DNA of 64,000 bases from an uncultured Candidatus Saccharibacteria bacterium. GTDB lineage: Bacteria; Patescibacteriota; Saccharimonadia; Saccharimonadales; 2-12-FULL-41-12. Shown in pieces: positions 17,149-25,800 of this stretch (within the stretch, counting starts at the first letter, position 1; each line of letters opens with the position of its first letter). The stretch spans positions 673,421 through 737,420 of the forward strand of contig CAMTYB010000001.1 in NCBI GenBank assembly GCA_947085855.1, given 5' to 3'. A program made the translations under genes and the position numbers. The notes under the pieces are model-generated. The model ran no database searches. It was not told the DNA's origin and was given only the letters and a program-made list of their open reading frames with translations.

Positions 17149-17820
17149 ATGCGGTTACAAACCAAACTGGCGGCAGCTTCTGTCGTCACATTGCTCGCTA
17201 TTGCCGGCGGAAATTCATCCGCTAGCGCACAAGCAGCACCACAAACTCAAAACAACACGGCGAATACTACGCCAGCACCAGTGATTGTAGAGGTCAAGCC
17301 AGGTGATAGCCTGTCTAAGATCGCTACAGCTCACCAGACAACCTACAATCGGCTGTTTGATGCTAATCCAGAAGTCCAGAACCCGGATGTAATTCATCCC
17401 GGTCAAAAGCTTCGAATTCCAGCAGCTACCGAGCAGCTAACTGCTCGACCGTTGCCAGCAACTGCTCAACCAGCTCCGGCTGTGGTCCAGCCACAAAAGA
17501 AGGTAACGACGAGCCAGCAACAGCAAGTTCGCAAGCGAACAACTGCTCGTGCTGCTCAACCAGCCCAGGCTGCCCAAGTTGACGGTGGTGTTTGGGATCG
17601 TTTGGCTCAATGTGAGTCGGGCGGTAACTGGTCAATTAACACCGGTAACGGCTACTCTGGCGGACTGCAATTCTCGCAATCAAGCTGGCGTGGAGTCGGT
17701 GGTAGTGGCCTGGCAAGTCAAGCCAGCAAAGCCGAGCAAATTGCTCGCGCTGAAGCCCTCAAAGCCCGACAGGGTTGGGGTGCGTGGCCAGCTTGCTCAT
17801 CCAAACTTGGTTTGCGTTAA
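17149..17820 (+). CDS. secreted LysM + Rpf (resuscitation-promoting-factor type transglycosylase) protein
   Basis: Signal peptide, a LysM domain (VEVKPGDSLSKIA...IHPGQKLRIP), a Q/A-rich linker, and an Rpf domain (WDRLAQCESGGNWSINTGNGYSGGLQFSQSSW). SD GAGGAGG upstream. Confidence 0.85.
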   Translation: MRLQTKLAAASVVTLLAIAGGNSSASAQAAPQTQNNTANTTPAPVIVEVKPGDSLSKIATAHQTTYNRLFDANPEVQNPDVIHPGQKLRIPAATEQLTARPLPATAQPAPAVVQPQKKVTTSQQQQVRKRTTARAAQPAQAAQVDGGVWDRLAQCESGGNWSINTGNGYSGGLQFSQSSWRGVGGSGLASQASKAEQIARAEALKARQGWGAWPACSSKLGLR

Positions 17821-17875
17821 GCTAGGTACTAGTTACGCAGACGTTCTTTATATATAAGTAGTATTAAACGTGTTC

Positions 17876-17912
17876 GTCCCCGGGCTCACTTAGGTGAGCG
17901 CCGGGGACTTGT
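17876..17912. terminator. strong GC-rich hairpin between convergent genes
   Basis: GTCCCCGGGCTCAC ttag GTGAGCGCCGGGGAC (one bulge), followed by TTGTGGTTT. Confidence 0.75.
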
Positions 17913-17916
17913 GGTT

Positions 17917-18417
17917 TCAGGACTGTGCGCGATTACGATTTACTAATTTTCGAAGCTTATCGCCATGCAGTTCCAGAAATTTAGGAAACTGGGAATGCAT
18001 TGGAGTTGGTAAATCATCCAGGCTAAACCAGCCGGAGTCGTCTACCATCTCTGGCTCATTAATATGAACCTTAGCTGGATCAATTTCGACTGCAAAGCAC
18101 ATAGCGAGCCAGTGAGTCGGTTGCTTGTCGGCAGTTTCGCGGAAGGCATCAAAGTAGCCAAGGAAGGTCAGGCCAATTGGTTCATCGATGTCGTACTCTT
18201 CTTTAACTTCACGTCGTAAATTTTCTTCTACAGACTGACCATGTTTGAGCCCACCGCCACCCGGATCCCAGTGGCCATGTTCGTCGCGAGTATTTTTACT
18301 TCGTTTCGTTAGAAAGACTCTACCGTTGCCGTCATGACACAAGAAAACTACGGTAATACCCGTGAAGCTGATGCCTTTATGTTGTCGCAGGATGTCCGGG
18401 CTGAGTTTTTCTACCAT
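17917..18417 (-). CDS. NUDIX hydrolase
   Basis: Intact Nudix box GGGLKHGQSVEENLRREVKEEYDI. Confidence 0.8.
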   Translation of the reverse strand: MVEKLSPDILRQHKGISFTGITVVFLCHDGNGRVFLTKRSKNTRDEHGHWDPGGGGLKHGQSVEENLRREVKEEYDIDEPIGLTFLGYFDAFRETADKQPTHWLAMCFAVEIDPAKVHINEPEMVDDSGWFSLDDLPTPMHSQFPKFLELHGDKLRKLVNRNRAQS

Positions 18418-18512
18418 ATCTACAGTATATGTAATCTAGCTTGTAAATAAAATTCACCCCTGTATTATAGATGTTATAGATCGTAAGGTGGGAACGAGAA
18501 ATACGTACAAGT

Positions 18513-19139
18513 ATGTTCAATAATCCCGAAACCATTCCTCCATCCAGCAGCATATCCCGTATATCGGAGAATCCGCAATCGCTTCGAGTAGTTCGCTACA
18601 TTGTTCCCGAAGAACCAGTAATAACTGCCTTGCGATTGGCGAGCCTAGCTGCAAGCCCTCATCCAACAGCGGAAGTTGCGCGCTTTATGGCGAGCCGGCG
18701 AACCAAGAGTTTAGTTGCACCAAATGGCGGTCTAACTATTTTTAGTAAAGGGCAGTATCGTAAGGAAACGAGGCGAACGCCTTCTCTTGGGAATTACCAG
18801 CTTGGAACAGTAGCAACTGCAATCATGAATCGTATACCAGATACCCACAGCCAAGTATTGAGAGATGTACCGGTCACGTCCCTTGAGTTATTTGGTTCGG
18901 TGCTTCAACCGGTTGTTGCGGTTGCCTTGCATTCGCCAGAACTAGAAGAAGAGTTCGAGGCAACTAAAGGAGTAATTGAAGAATTGGGTGAAGGAGAGAT
19001 TGAGGCGGATTTCGTGCCGCATGTTTCACTCGCTCGTATTAATATGCATAAACAAGAAATATCCGATGACCGATTACAGAGAATTGCCTCATTTGTGCCG
19101 CGCTCCATTAGCCTACTACCGCTGCAAATAGAAATGTAA
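18513..19139 (+). CDS. hypothetical protein, possibly 2H-phosphoesterase (LigT-like)
   Basis: The C-terminal FVPHVSLARI resembles the second H-x-[ST]-x motif of LigT. A candidate first motif is SPHPTAEV. The assignment is weak. Confidence 0.35.
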   Translation: MFNNPETIPPSSSISRISENPQSLRVVRYIVPEEPVITALRLASLAASPHPTAEVARFMASRRTKSLVAPNGGLTIFSKGQYRKETRRTPSLGNYQLGTVATAIMNRIPDTHSQVLRDVPVTSLELFGSVLQPVVAVALHSPELEEEFEATKGVIEELGEGEIEADFVPHVSLARINMHKQEISDDRLQRIASFVPRSISLLPLQIEM

Positions 19140-19150
19140 TGTATAAGATA

Positions 19151-19179
19151 TAAAAAACCCTTCTGACAAACGAGAAGGG
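19151..19179 (-). terminator. rho-independent terminator of tRNA-Arg(TCG)
   Basis: CCCTTCT (19158-19164) / AGAAGGG (19173-19179). On the minus strand the stem is followed by TTTTTTA. Confidence 0.7.
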
Positions 19180-19195
19180 TAATCAAATACTAATT

Positions 19196-19270
19196 TGGTG
19201 CTCCCGCAGGGACTCGAACCCCGAATAATGGTTCCGAAGACCATTGTGATATCCATTTCACCACAGGAGC
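19196..19270 (-). tRNA. tRNA-Arg (anticodon TCG), CCA encoded
   Basis: The reverse complement folds as GCTCCTG tg GTGA aatggata TCAC a ATGGT ctTCGga ACCAT tatt CGGGG ttcgagt CCCTG CGGGAGC A CCA. Confidence 0.88.
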
Positions 19271-19362
19271 GTGGCCTAGACAGCTATTTTACCAGATAAG
19301 CCATCTTGCCACAACAGAGGTAATCTGGTATCATTTGTCAGTTGTACCAGCAGCATATCTCA

Positions 19363-19440
19363 GGGGCCATTAGCTCAGCTGGTTAGAGCACCTGCCTCTT
19401 AAGCAGGGTGTCCTGGGTTCGAGTCCCAGATGGCCCTCCA
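19363..19440 (+). tRNA. tRNA-Lys (anticodon CTT), CCA encoded
   Basis: GGGGCCA tt AGCT cagctggtta GAGC a CCTGC ctCTTaa GCAGG gtgtc CTGGG ttcgagt CCCAG ATGGCCC T CCA. Confidence 0.92.
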
Positions 19441-19490
19441 ATAAAAACGCACCGACAATTCGCTACCGCGTCGGTGCGTTTTTATTGGAG
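19436..19490 (+). terminator. long hairpin terminator that incorporates the tRNA-Lys CCA end
   Basis: CTCCAATAAAAACGCACCGAC (19436-19456), 13-nt loop, GTCGGTGCGTTTTTATTGGAG (19470-19490). This is a 21-bp perfect stem containing a T-run. Confidence 0.8.
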
Positions 19491-19576
19491 TAGGCAAACT
19501 CGGGGTTACCAAGGTTCGTCGTATGTGAGCGTAGCGAACGGAGAAGCGACGAGGCCAAAGCCGAGGAAAGCGCTGC

Positions 19577-19591
19577 CCCAGATGGCCCTCC
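19577..19591 (+). repeat. 15-nt exact direct repeat of the tRNA-Lys 3' end (CCCAGATGGCCCTCC)
   Basis: Identical to 19425-19439, which is the 3' strand of the T-stem plus the acceptor strand of tRNA-Lys. The repeat starts 152 nt downstream of the original. Confidence 0.85.
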
Positions 19592-19605
19592 TCCGAAAGT
19601 CTTGC

Positions 19606-20157
19606 CTAGCTTTGTTTATCTAGCCACTCAAAAGCATCCTTTGTTTTTGTGAATACTGTGGCTTCTTTTCCAATTATCTGACTTGCCTCAAGCATTCTAT
19701 TGATGCCTTCTGGGCAACGGAATAAACAATAGGGTATGTACCATTTTAGGGCCCGCTTTCCGTTATAGCCACCGACTGGTAATTCCAAGCCTTTACCAAT
19801 TCGACGAGAACGGGCAATATGATTGGCTAGTGACAAAAGTGGATGTATGTCAAAAATAAATATAGCATCGGCTCGTTCCAGTCGGTAATTTGGTCCGATA
19901 TGCTCACTAAATCCATTACCTTCAATCACCCACTTGTCCTTGGCTGCTTCAGCAATGACCGGTCTGTCTGGCATGACAGGGTATGAATTAGCCGGACGAT
20001 CTTGGTAGATTTGATCGATGTGAACGAGCGGCAATTCCATAGTCGTTGCTAGTCGCTCAGCAAAAGTACTCTTACCACTTGCCACGCTCCCCATAACGAC
20101 AGCTCGCTCGATAGTGCTCATATCTGAGACTGTATCGCTTATCAATGAGTTCATCAA
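19606..20157 (-). CDS. P-loop NTPase/kinase (adenylate-kinase / topology-modulation-protein-like)
   Basis: Walker A VVMGSVASGKSTFAERLA. Size and layout fit small nucleotide-kinase-like AAA proteins. The start may instead be the internal ATG at 20121. Confidence 0.55.
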   Translation of the reverse strand: MMNSLISDTVSDMSTIERAVVMGSVASGKSTFAERLATTMELPLVHIDQIYQDRPANSYPVMPDRPVIAEAAKDKWVIEGNGFSEHIGPNYRLERADAIFIFDIHPLLSLANHIARSRRIGKGLELPVGGYNGKRALKWYIPYCLFRCPEGINRMLEASQIIGKEATVFTKTKDAFEWLDKQS

Positions 20158-20213
20158 GTATTGTCCGTCGGTATTGCGCTACAGGCATGACTGGTCTTTG
20201 CTATACTGACGGC

Positions 20214-20477
20214 ATGAACTTTGTAACGCAATTCGCCGGCTTTTCAGCGTGTACTCCAGGGGAACTGCAGCAAAGAACGCTCGTTCGGATTTTATCATTC
20301 ATCCTATTTATTGCCATAGTGACGGGCTTTTGTATTCTCTTACGACGAGTTGTGAATTCAAATCGTAGTACTCCGGCTAAAATTGGGCTCGGTGTCTTGG
20401 TGGTTGCGATGGCTGTACCAGCTAGCATTGGTTTGCCGCTGTTTACACTACTTGTGTTCAGCCCGTGGTGCTCGTAA
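20214..20477 (+). CDS. small 2-TM membrane protein
   Basis: ATG 20214 lies 7 nt downstream of TATACT (20202-20207). Two hydrophobic helices are present (ILSFILFIAIVTGFCILL, GLGVLVVAMAVPASIGLPLFTLLVF). Confidence 0.4.
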   Translation: MNFVTQFAGFSACTPGELQQRTLVRILSFILFIAIVTGFCILLRRVVNSNRSTPAKIGLGVLVVAMAVPASIGLPLFTLLVFSPWCS

Positions 20478-20495
20478 AGTTGGTATACTGTTGAC

Positions 20496-20783
20496 ATGAC
20501 AGTTAGTGAATATCTAGCAAAACAAACACCTGAGCAAGTAGCTCAGTTTGACCACGTTCGTGCAGTTGTAAAAAAACTTGTGCCTGAAGCCGAAGAAACC
20601 ATTAGTTATGGATTACCAACACTCACATACAAGAAAAGGTACCTTATTTATTGGGGCGCCTTCAAAGACCACACAAGCTTGTTTCCTGGCACGATTAAAT
20701 TTGCGCCGTCTGATACTATTCCAGAATCGGTAATTACCGACATTGTCCAAAAGCGCTACACGCATATTTCTGAGGCTAAATAG
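20496..20783 (+). CDS. DUF1801 (YdhG-like) domain protein
   Basis: VSEYLAKQTPEQVAQFDHVRAVVKKLVPEAEETISYGLPTLTYKKRYLIYWGAFKDHTSLFP matches the DUF1801 pattern. Confidence 0.7.
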   Translation: MTVSEYLAKQTPEQVAQFDHVRAVVKKLVPEAEETISYGLPTLTYKKRYLIYWGAFKDHTSLFPGTIKFAPSDTIPESVITDIVQKRYTHISEAK

Positions 20784-20788
20784 CCTCC

Positions 20789-21409
20789 ATGAAACAAGAC
20801 TTTAAGAAAACCCTGCCTTCCTATAAGGCCAAGCTCGGAACGTTTGAAATTATTGAAATTCCTAAATTACAATACCTGATGATAGATGGTGCTGGTGACC
20901 CAAACACTTCAAAGGAGTTTCAGTCAGCAATCGAGGCATTATATCCGGTTGCATATAAACTCAAATTTGCCAGCAAACTACAGCTTGGCAAAGACTATGT
21001 GGTGCCGCCGCTCGAAGGTCTGTGGTGGGCTGATAACATGGACGCATTTACCGATCGACGCGATAAATCCAAGTGGCACTGGACACTTATGGTTATGACG
21101 CCCGACTGGATAACTGGAGAGATGTTTGGCGAAGCCGTCGAAACTGTGAGGGCTAAAAACGCACCAATTAAACTTGATCACATTCGCTTGGAAACTCTAG
21201 ACGAAGGCACCTGCGTTCAAATTCTCCATCAGGGTTCGTTTGACGAAGAAGGTCCAACACTCGACAGGCTTCACAATGAATTCATTCCTGAGCATGGCTA
21301 CAAGATGGTCAAAAAGCACCACGAAATCTACCTGAGTGATTTCCGAAAAGTCAGCTCCGATAAGCTGCGAACAATTTTGCGTCAGCCAGTTGCACCAACC
21401 AGTCGCTAA
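20789..21409 (+). CDS. GyrI-like small-molecule-binding domain protein
   Basis: PKLQYLMIDGAGDPNTS...LEGLWW...HHEIYLSDFRKV...LRTILRQPV, typical of the GyrI-like/SOUL-type family. Confidence 0.7.
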   Translation: MKQDFKKTLPSYKAKLGTFEIIEIPKLQYLMIDGAGDPNTSKEFQSAIEALYPVAYKLKFASKLQLGKDYVVPPLEGLWWADNMDAFTDRRDKSKWHWTLMVMTPDWITGEMFGEAVETVRAKNAPIKLDHIRLETLDEGTCVQILHQGSFDEEGPTLDRLHNEFIPEHGYKMVKKHHEIYLSDFRKVSSDKLRTILRQPVAPTSR

Positions 21410-21481
21410 AGACGAAGAGAAATATTGTAGTATACGCAATAAAGTTGTATAATGTATTTATTCTAATGACAAGGTGTACAG

Positions 21482-21844
21482 ATGGCTGAAAAACAGGGGC
21501 GACAAGGCCCTGAGTCAATTTATGGTGTCGAGCCAATGCTCGATGAAATGCGTAGTCGAGCTAATCTCGAAGCATGTATATTGGCCAGAGAAACCCAGGA
21601 AGTCCTTGGCGAATATGGCGTAACGACTACGCTTATTAGTGGTGAAAAAATAACTGTCGACACAGACGGTGATCCGAATACCGAACGAGTCTTGACGACG
21701 CAGTCATGTTTTGAGGTGCCAGTCGGTGGCCAAAACTATTATGTTCGACCAGTCACATTCCTTGAAGCCGACGAGCCGACAAAAGTTTACTTTGTACTTG
21801 ACGAGACCGAAGACTTTAAAGAGATCATTAGTACGAGCAGTTGA
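21482..21844 (+). CDS. hypothetical protein, first gene of an operon of unknown function
   Basis: Promoter TTGTAG-N17-TATAAT lies about 25 nt upstream, and SD AAGGTG is present. 120 aa with no recognised domain. Stop TGA at 21842-21844. Confidence 0.5.
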   Translation: MAEKQGRQGPESIYGVEPMLDEMRSRANLEACILARETQEVLGEYGVTTTLISGEKITVDTDGDPNTERVLTTQSCFEVPVGGQNYYVRPVTFLEADEPTKVYFVLDETEDFKEIISTSS

Positions 21845-22832
21845 TCTGATCCGCCTAGAGATTGATGAAGACGAGAGCCCATTACTTATTTCGCAAAATG
21901 GCGAAAACGTGCCAATTGACGTCAAATTAACGCTTGATTTGGTACGCAATATTCGCAATAAAGAAGCAGATCGTGTTGCGACTGAAGCTGAAGTCCAACG
22001 CCGAGAAGAAGCGCAACGCCAACGGGCAGCTGAGCAACGTTTGTCCCGCGATCAGGCACGAGCTGCCGAAGAAGTACGTATTTTGGAAGCCCAGCGTCGA
22101 GCCCAGCGCTCTTCTCTTGCAAAGTCATTTGACACGGCCAAAAGAAATGCTGGCACGGTTTTTCGTCGTTCGTTTGCAGTTTTAGCGGTTGGCGCTGCTC
22201 TAACTGCAGCCTATAAAGTTGGCGGCGATGACGTTATTGAAATCATTAAATGCGCTGACAGTTGTGAGATTGAACAATATGATGCCAAAAAACCTCGAAT
22301 TCTTGAAGGCACAGTTGTGCGGGTCGGAGAGACTGTTAATCCCAAAAAGACATTTCAGGTTGACCAAGACCCGCTGTTGCGTCGTGAATTAGTGCCGGAA
22401 GTCGGCGACCAGAGTAAGATGATGTACGGCCCAGATATTGATAAGGTCGATGCCGATAGTCCTGCTGACGTCACTACTCCTCGTCAAATTGTGCTGATGT
22501 CATCTGACCCAGAACTCAGTACTACTGGACCTGCCGAAGGTCTTCCTGACGCTGAAGATCTTGCCTGCGAAAGTTCTCATATCAAACTTAAGTCGCTCGA
22601 TGACGCCTTGGTCGTGGTGACTGATATAGCTGGCTCGCGGACAGAAGATATTCAAGTAAGATTGACTCAGAGCAAAATTTTCGTCTGTTGGGCAAAGGGT
22701 GCAAAAGAGCTTGATGGCAATGATGATCCGCGAGTTATTTTCCAGCGAGCTACACCACGGCAGGTAAAGGCCGACGACAAGGCACAAGCAGAAGTACGGA
22801 CTGTCGTCCCAAACCCTAGCTCCCAAGGATAA
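21741..22832 (+). CDS. hypothetical coiled-coil / single-TM / extracytoplasmic-domain protein (start codon unresolved)
   Basis: The convincing protein-like sequence starts only near 21846 (DLIRLEIDEDESPLL...). An E/R/A/Q-rich coiled coil follows, then the TM helix FAVLAVGAALTAAY and a C-terminal domain of about 190 aa. The only in-frame ATG/TTG codons (21741, 21711) overlap the upstream gene by more than 100 nt. Confidence 0.45.
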   Translation: MFDQSHSLKPTSRQKFTLYLTRPKTLKRSLVRAVDLIRLEIDEDESPLLISQNGENVPIDVKLTLDLVRNIRNKEADRVATEAEVQRREEAQRQRAAEQRLSRDQARAAEEVRILEAQRRAQRSSLAKSFDTAKRNAGTVFRRSFAVLAVGAALTAAYKVGGDDVIEIIKCADSCEIEQYDAKKPRILEGTVVRVGETVNPKKTFQVDQDPLLRRELVPEVGDQSKMMYGPDIDKVDADSPADVTTPRQIVLMSSDPELSTTGPAEGLPDAEDLACESSHIKLKSLDDALVVVTDIAGSRTEDIQVRLTQSKIFVCWAKGAKELDGNDDPRVIFQRATPRQVKADDKAQAEVRTVVPNPSSQG

Positions 22833-22838
22833 TAATAC

Positions 22839-25800
22839 ATGCCTATTATTGACGGTGAAGGTTTTGAAGAAGTGCGAATCGTCGAGATTACACCTGACTT
22901 CTCGAGTTATTTGCGTGATCTTGATGCTGGTGTGATTAAAGATGCCCAAGACTTAGACAACAGATTTTTCACTGCACCTGGTGATGCCGTATATGATGAT
23001 GAGCGTCAAGATTACCTTAAAGATGAGAACGGTGAGCTTATCATTGAAAGGCGTTCTCTGACGGGCGAGCAAGAGCAGGTTTTGATGAAAGAAGCCGAAG
23101 CTCGCGATGCACTGGAGCTCAAGAAACGGCAAGCGACCTCTTTTCGGAATATTTATGACGGAATAGTATACGGGAATGGCATTCCCTATGCCGAAAATGT
23201 AGAAGACTTTACGAGGAGACTCAGTGTTCCTATTGTCCGACAGATTGTACGCGACACTAACGGCACGCTGAATGTTTTTCAGTCAGGTGATGAGCTTAAT
23301 GATAAGCAGAAAGATTGTTTGATTACGTGCAAACAAGCAATCAATGGAATTAAAGAGGCTCAAAGCAATTTCGAGGATACGGTTAAATTCTTCAATGACA
23401 TCGGCACGCCTGGCGACGAGCCAATTAGTAAGCTGCGTCTGCAAGCTTTACTTACGCCAAGTAAATATGGAGGAGTTCTTCTGGAGCCGGGGCTCACGTT
23501 TGCCAATGAAACCCGTCGGGTTGATGATGACCAAAAAGAGCTACTACTGGCTATTCGAGATGAAGCAGAAGAAGTCTTTGAGTTTACAGAAACTACAAAC
23601 CAGCTTGACGAGATTGTCTCAAGCGTTATTAGTGTAGATATTGCCGACCTTGCAGAGCTCGAGCAGGCGCTCTTCAATTCAAATCGCGAGACAAGTCCCG
23701 AACAACGCGCTGAACTCAAGGAATTAGTACTTAATTTCAGTTCATTAGGCACAGCAGTTCAGGAAGAGTTTTTTCGAGCCCAGCGCAAGGGAGATTACCG
23801 GTCGGTCATCGCTCTCATGAAGGAGCAAGAAGGTCAGACACTCACAGAAGCCGATCTGCAAAAAGCCCAAGCTGCTACGAGTCGAGCCCAAGAGGCAATC
23901 AAGACCTTGCGTCGTACTGAGCTTCGAAAGAGTGTAGCCGACGCTATAGAGAAGGATCCAAGCGACGTTCGAGCAACCTTTAATCTCTTACGTGATTATG
24001 GACTTGATAGCGACAACGATTTTGAGCTCTCGGAAGACCTGACCGCTATTGCGTACAAGTCAAGACGTATCATGTTTGCAGCTGAAACTTTAGATGGAAT
24101 AGTTCCTTTTACTGATCCAATTGAATTTAACGAAACATTAGATAAGCTGAATCGTTTTGCTGATTCGGAATTCGTAGCCGATAAAGAGTTAGCTCGCAAG
24201 TTACGTAAAATTATATACATTAAAGAATTGGCTGAAATTAACGAATCGGCGCTCGATGTTTTGGCAGATCCAGTTAAAAGCATCCGTAATTTTATTGGCG
24301 CATTGCAGTTGCGTCCAAGCTTGCCAGATTTTGATTATCAAGCTAAGCTCAATGACATTATTGGCCAAGTAGATCAGATCGATGGCTTACTCAAACTTGG
24401 TAAGTCTATATTTGATGTGGCAAAGATTACCGATTCCTTTTCGACTCGTTCGCCACAAGATGTATTAGCCGCTATTGAGAGTTTGGAGTCTGAAGACGAC
24501 TCCGATTTGAGGGATGATTTACTGGCTTACTATAAGCAGTACATTGCTAATCGGCGAGATAGTACCCCAGAAACCTATAAAGAAGTCTTTGCGTTTGAAA
24601 TTGAGGCTTTGCGCAAAACAATCACACGAGCCGGCTATGAATATAAAGAGGCGACCGGTCCTAATTTGGAGGGGCTTACATTTTTGAGTGGACAATTCCG
24701 CTCCGTGATTGCGCCGCTTTTCAAATCTCTGCAAGGTGAGGTAGTTGGCGAAGAAATAAGCAATTACTTTAAAACAGACGGTCGCGGTCGTGATCCGCGC
24801 CAGCGCTTTGTACAGCGCATTAAAAATCTTGAGCAGCAGCGCGATCTAACTGATATTGAGAAGAGTTACTTTGAGTCCGTCGAAGCACTGTCGTTATTTA
24901 ACCCGTATCTTGCGGCTTTGGCCAACGAAGCCCCGGCAATTACAAGCACCTATCTAGAAGGGTATTTCCGAGATACGGCTGACGCTACATTTGAAGCGCT
25001 AGAGGATGGTGAGTATATCCCATTAGTCCAAATTGGCTTTGGTCCAGCCGGTTTAACTGCGGCTGGTGAGCTGGTCCGGACTCGATCTGACTTAGCAAAA
25101 CAGGCTTTATTTATCGATGAAGCTGCGTTGCCAGGTGGTCCATTTGCAATTCCAAAAGGTCCGGCTTGGGATCTCAACAGCGCCAACAGTAATGAAACAG
25201 GTGGCCCGACATTGCCACCATTACCAGCAGATGGTATAGCCGAAACTGATACCGTTCGGTCCTATGGAAGTCCGTTGCGTTGGTATCCGGGTGAGCGTTT
25301 ATCTCGAAGTGACGTTAGGCAGGGAAGTATTAATTCAACGGTCGATTATTTAATTACGCCAGACGGAATCTCTGATAGTCGTTATCCTGATAATGAAGAC
25401 ATGGCGCTCATTCTTCAGTTGCAAGCAGCTATGCTGATGCCCCGGGCTTGCTTGAGCACTGAAGTACTTTCGGTATCGGCCGACAACGAAGGTACACGGA
25501 AATTACTGACACTGGAGCACCGATTTGCAGACGGCGAAACCATCCGTAAACGCATTGTGACTGACAACTTGGTGATTGGTAGCGGGCTCGGTCAACCCAG
25601 TTACGGTTTTGGGACTAGAAATGCCGATGCCAGCCAAGTGATTGCCTATACTGAACGCACGCAGGGCATGATTTTTCCCAAACTTTCGACGACACTCCAA
25701 GCTTTTGAAGCTCTGTCGAGTCGCGAAGCTGATCGGCCGGAACCCGGTGAAGTATTGGCAATTTACGGCAACGGCAACTCAGCCGATACCTTAATCGAGA

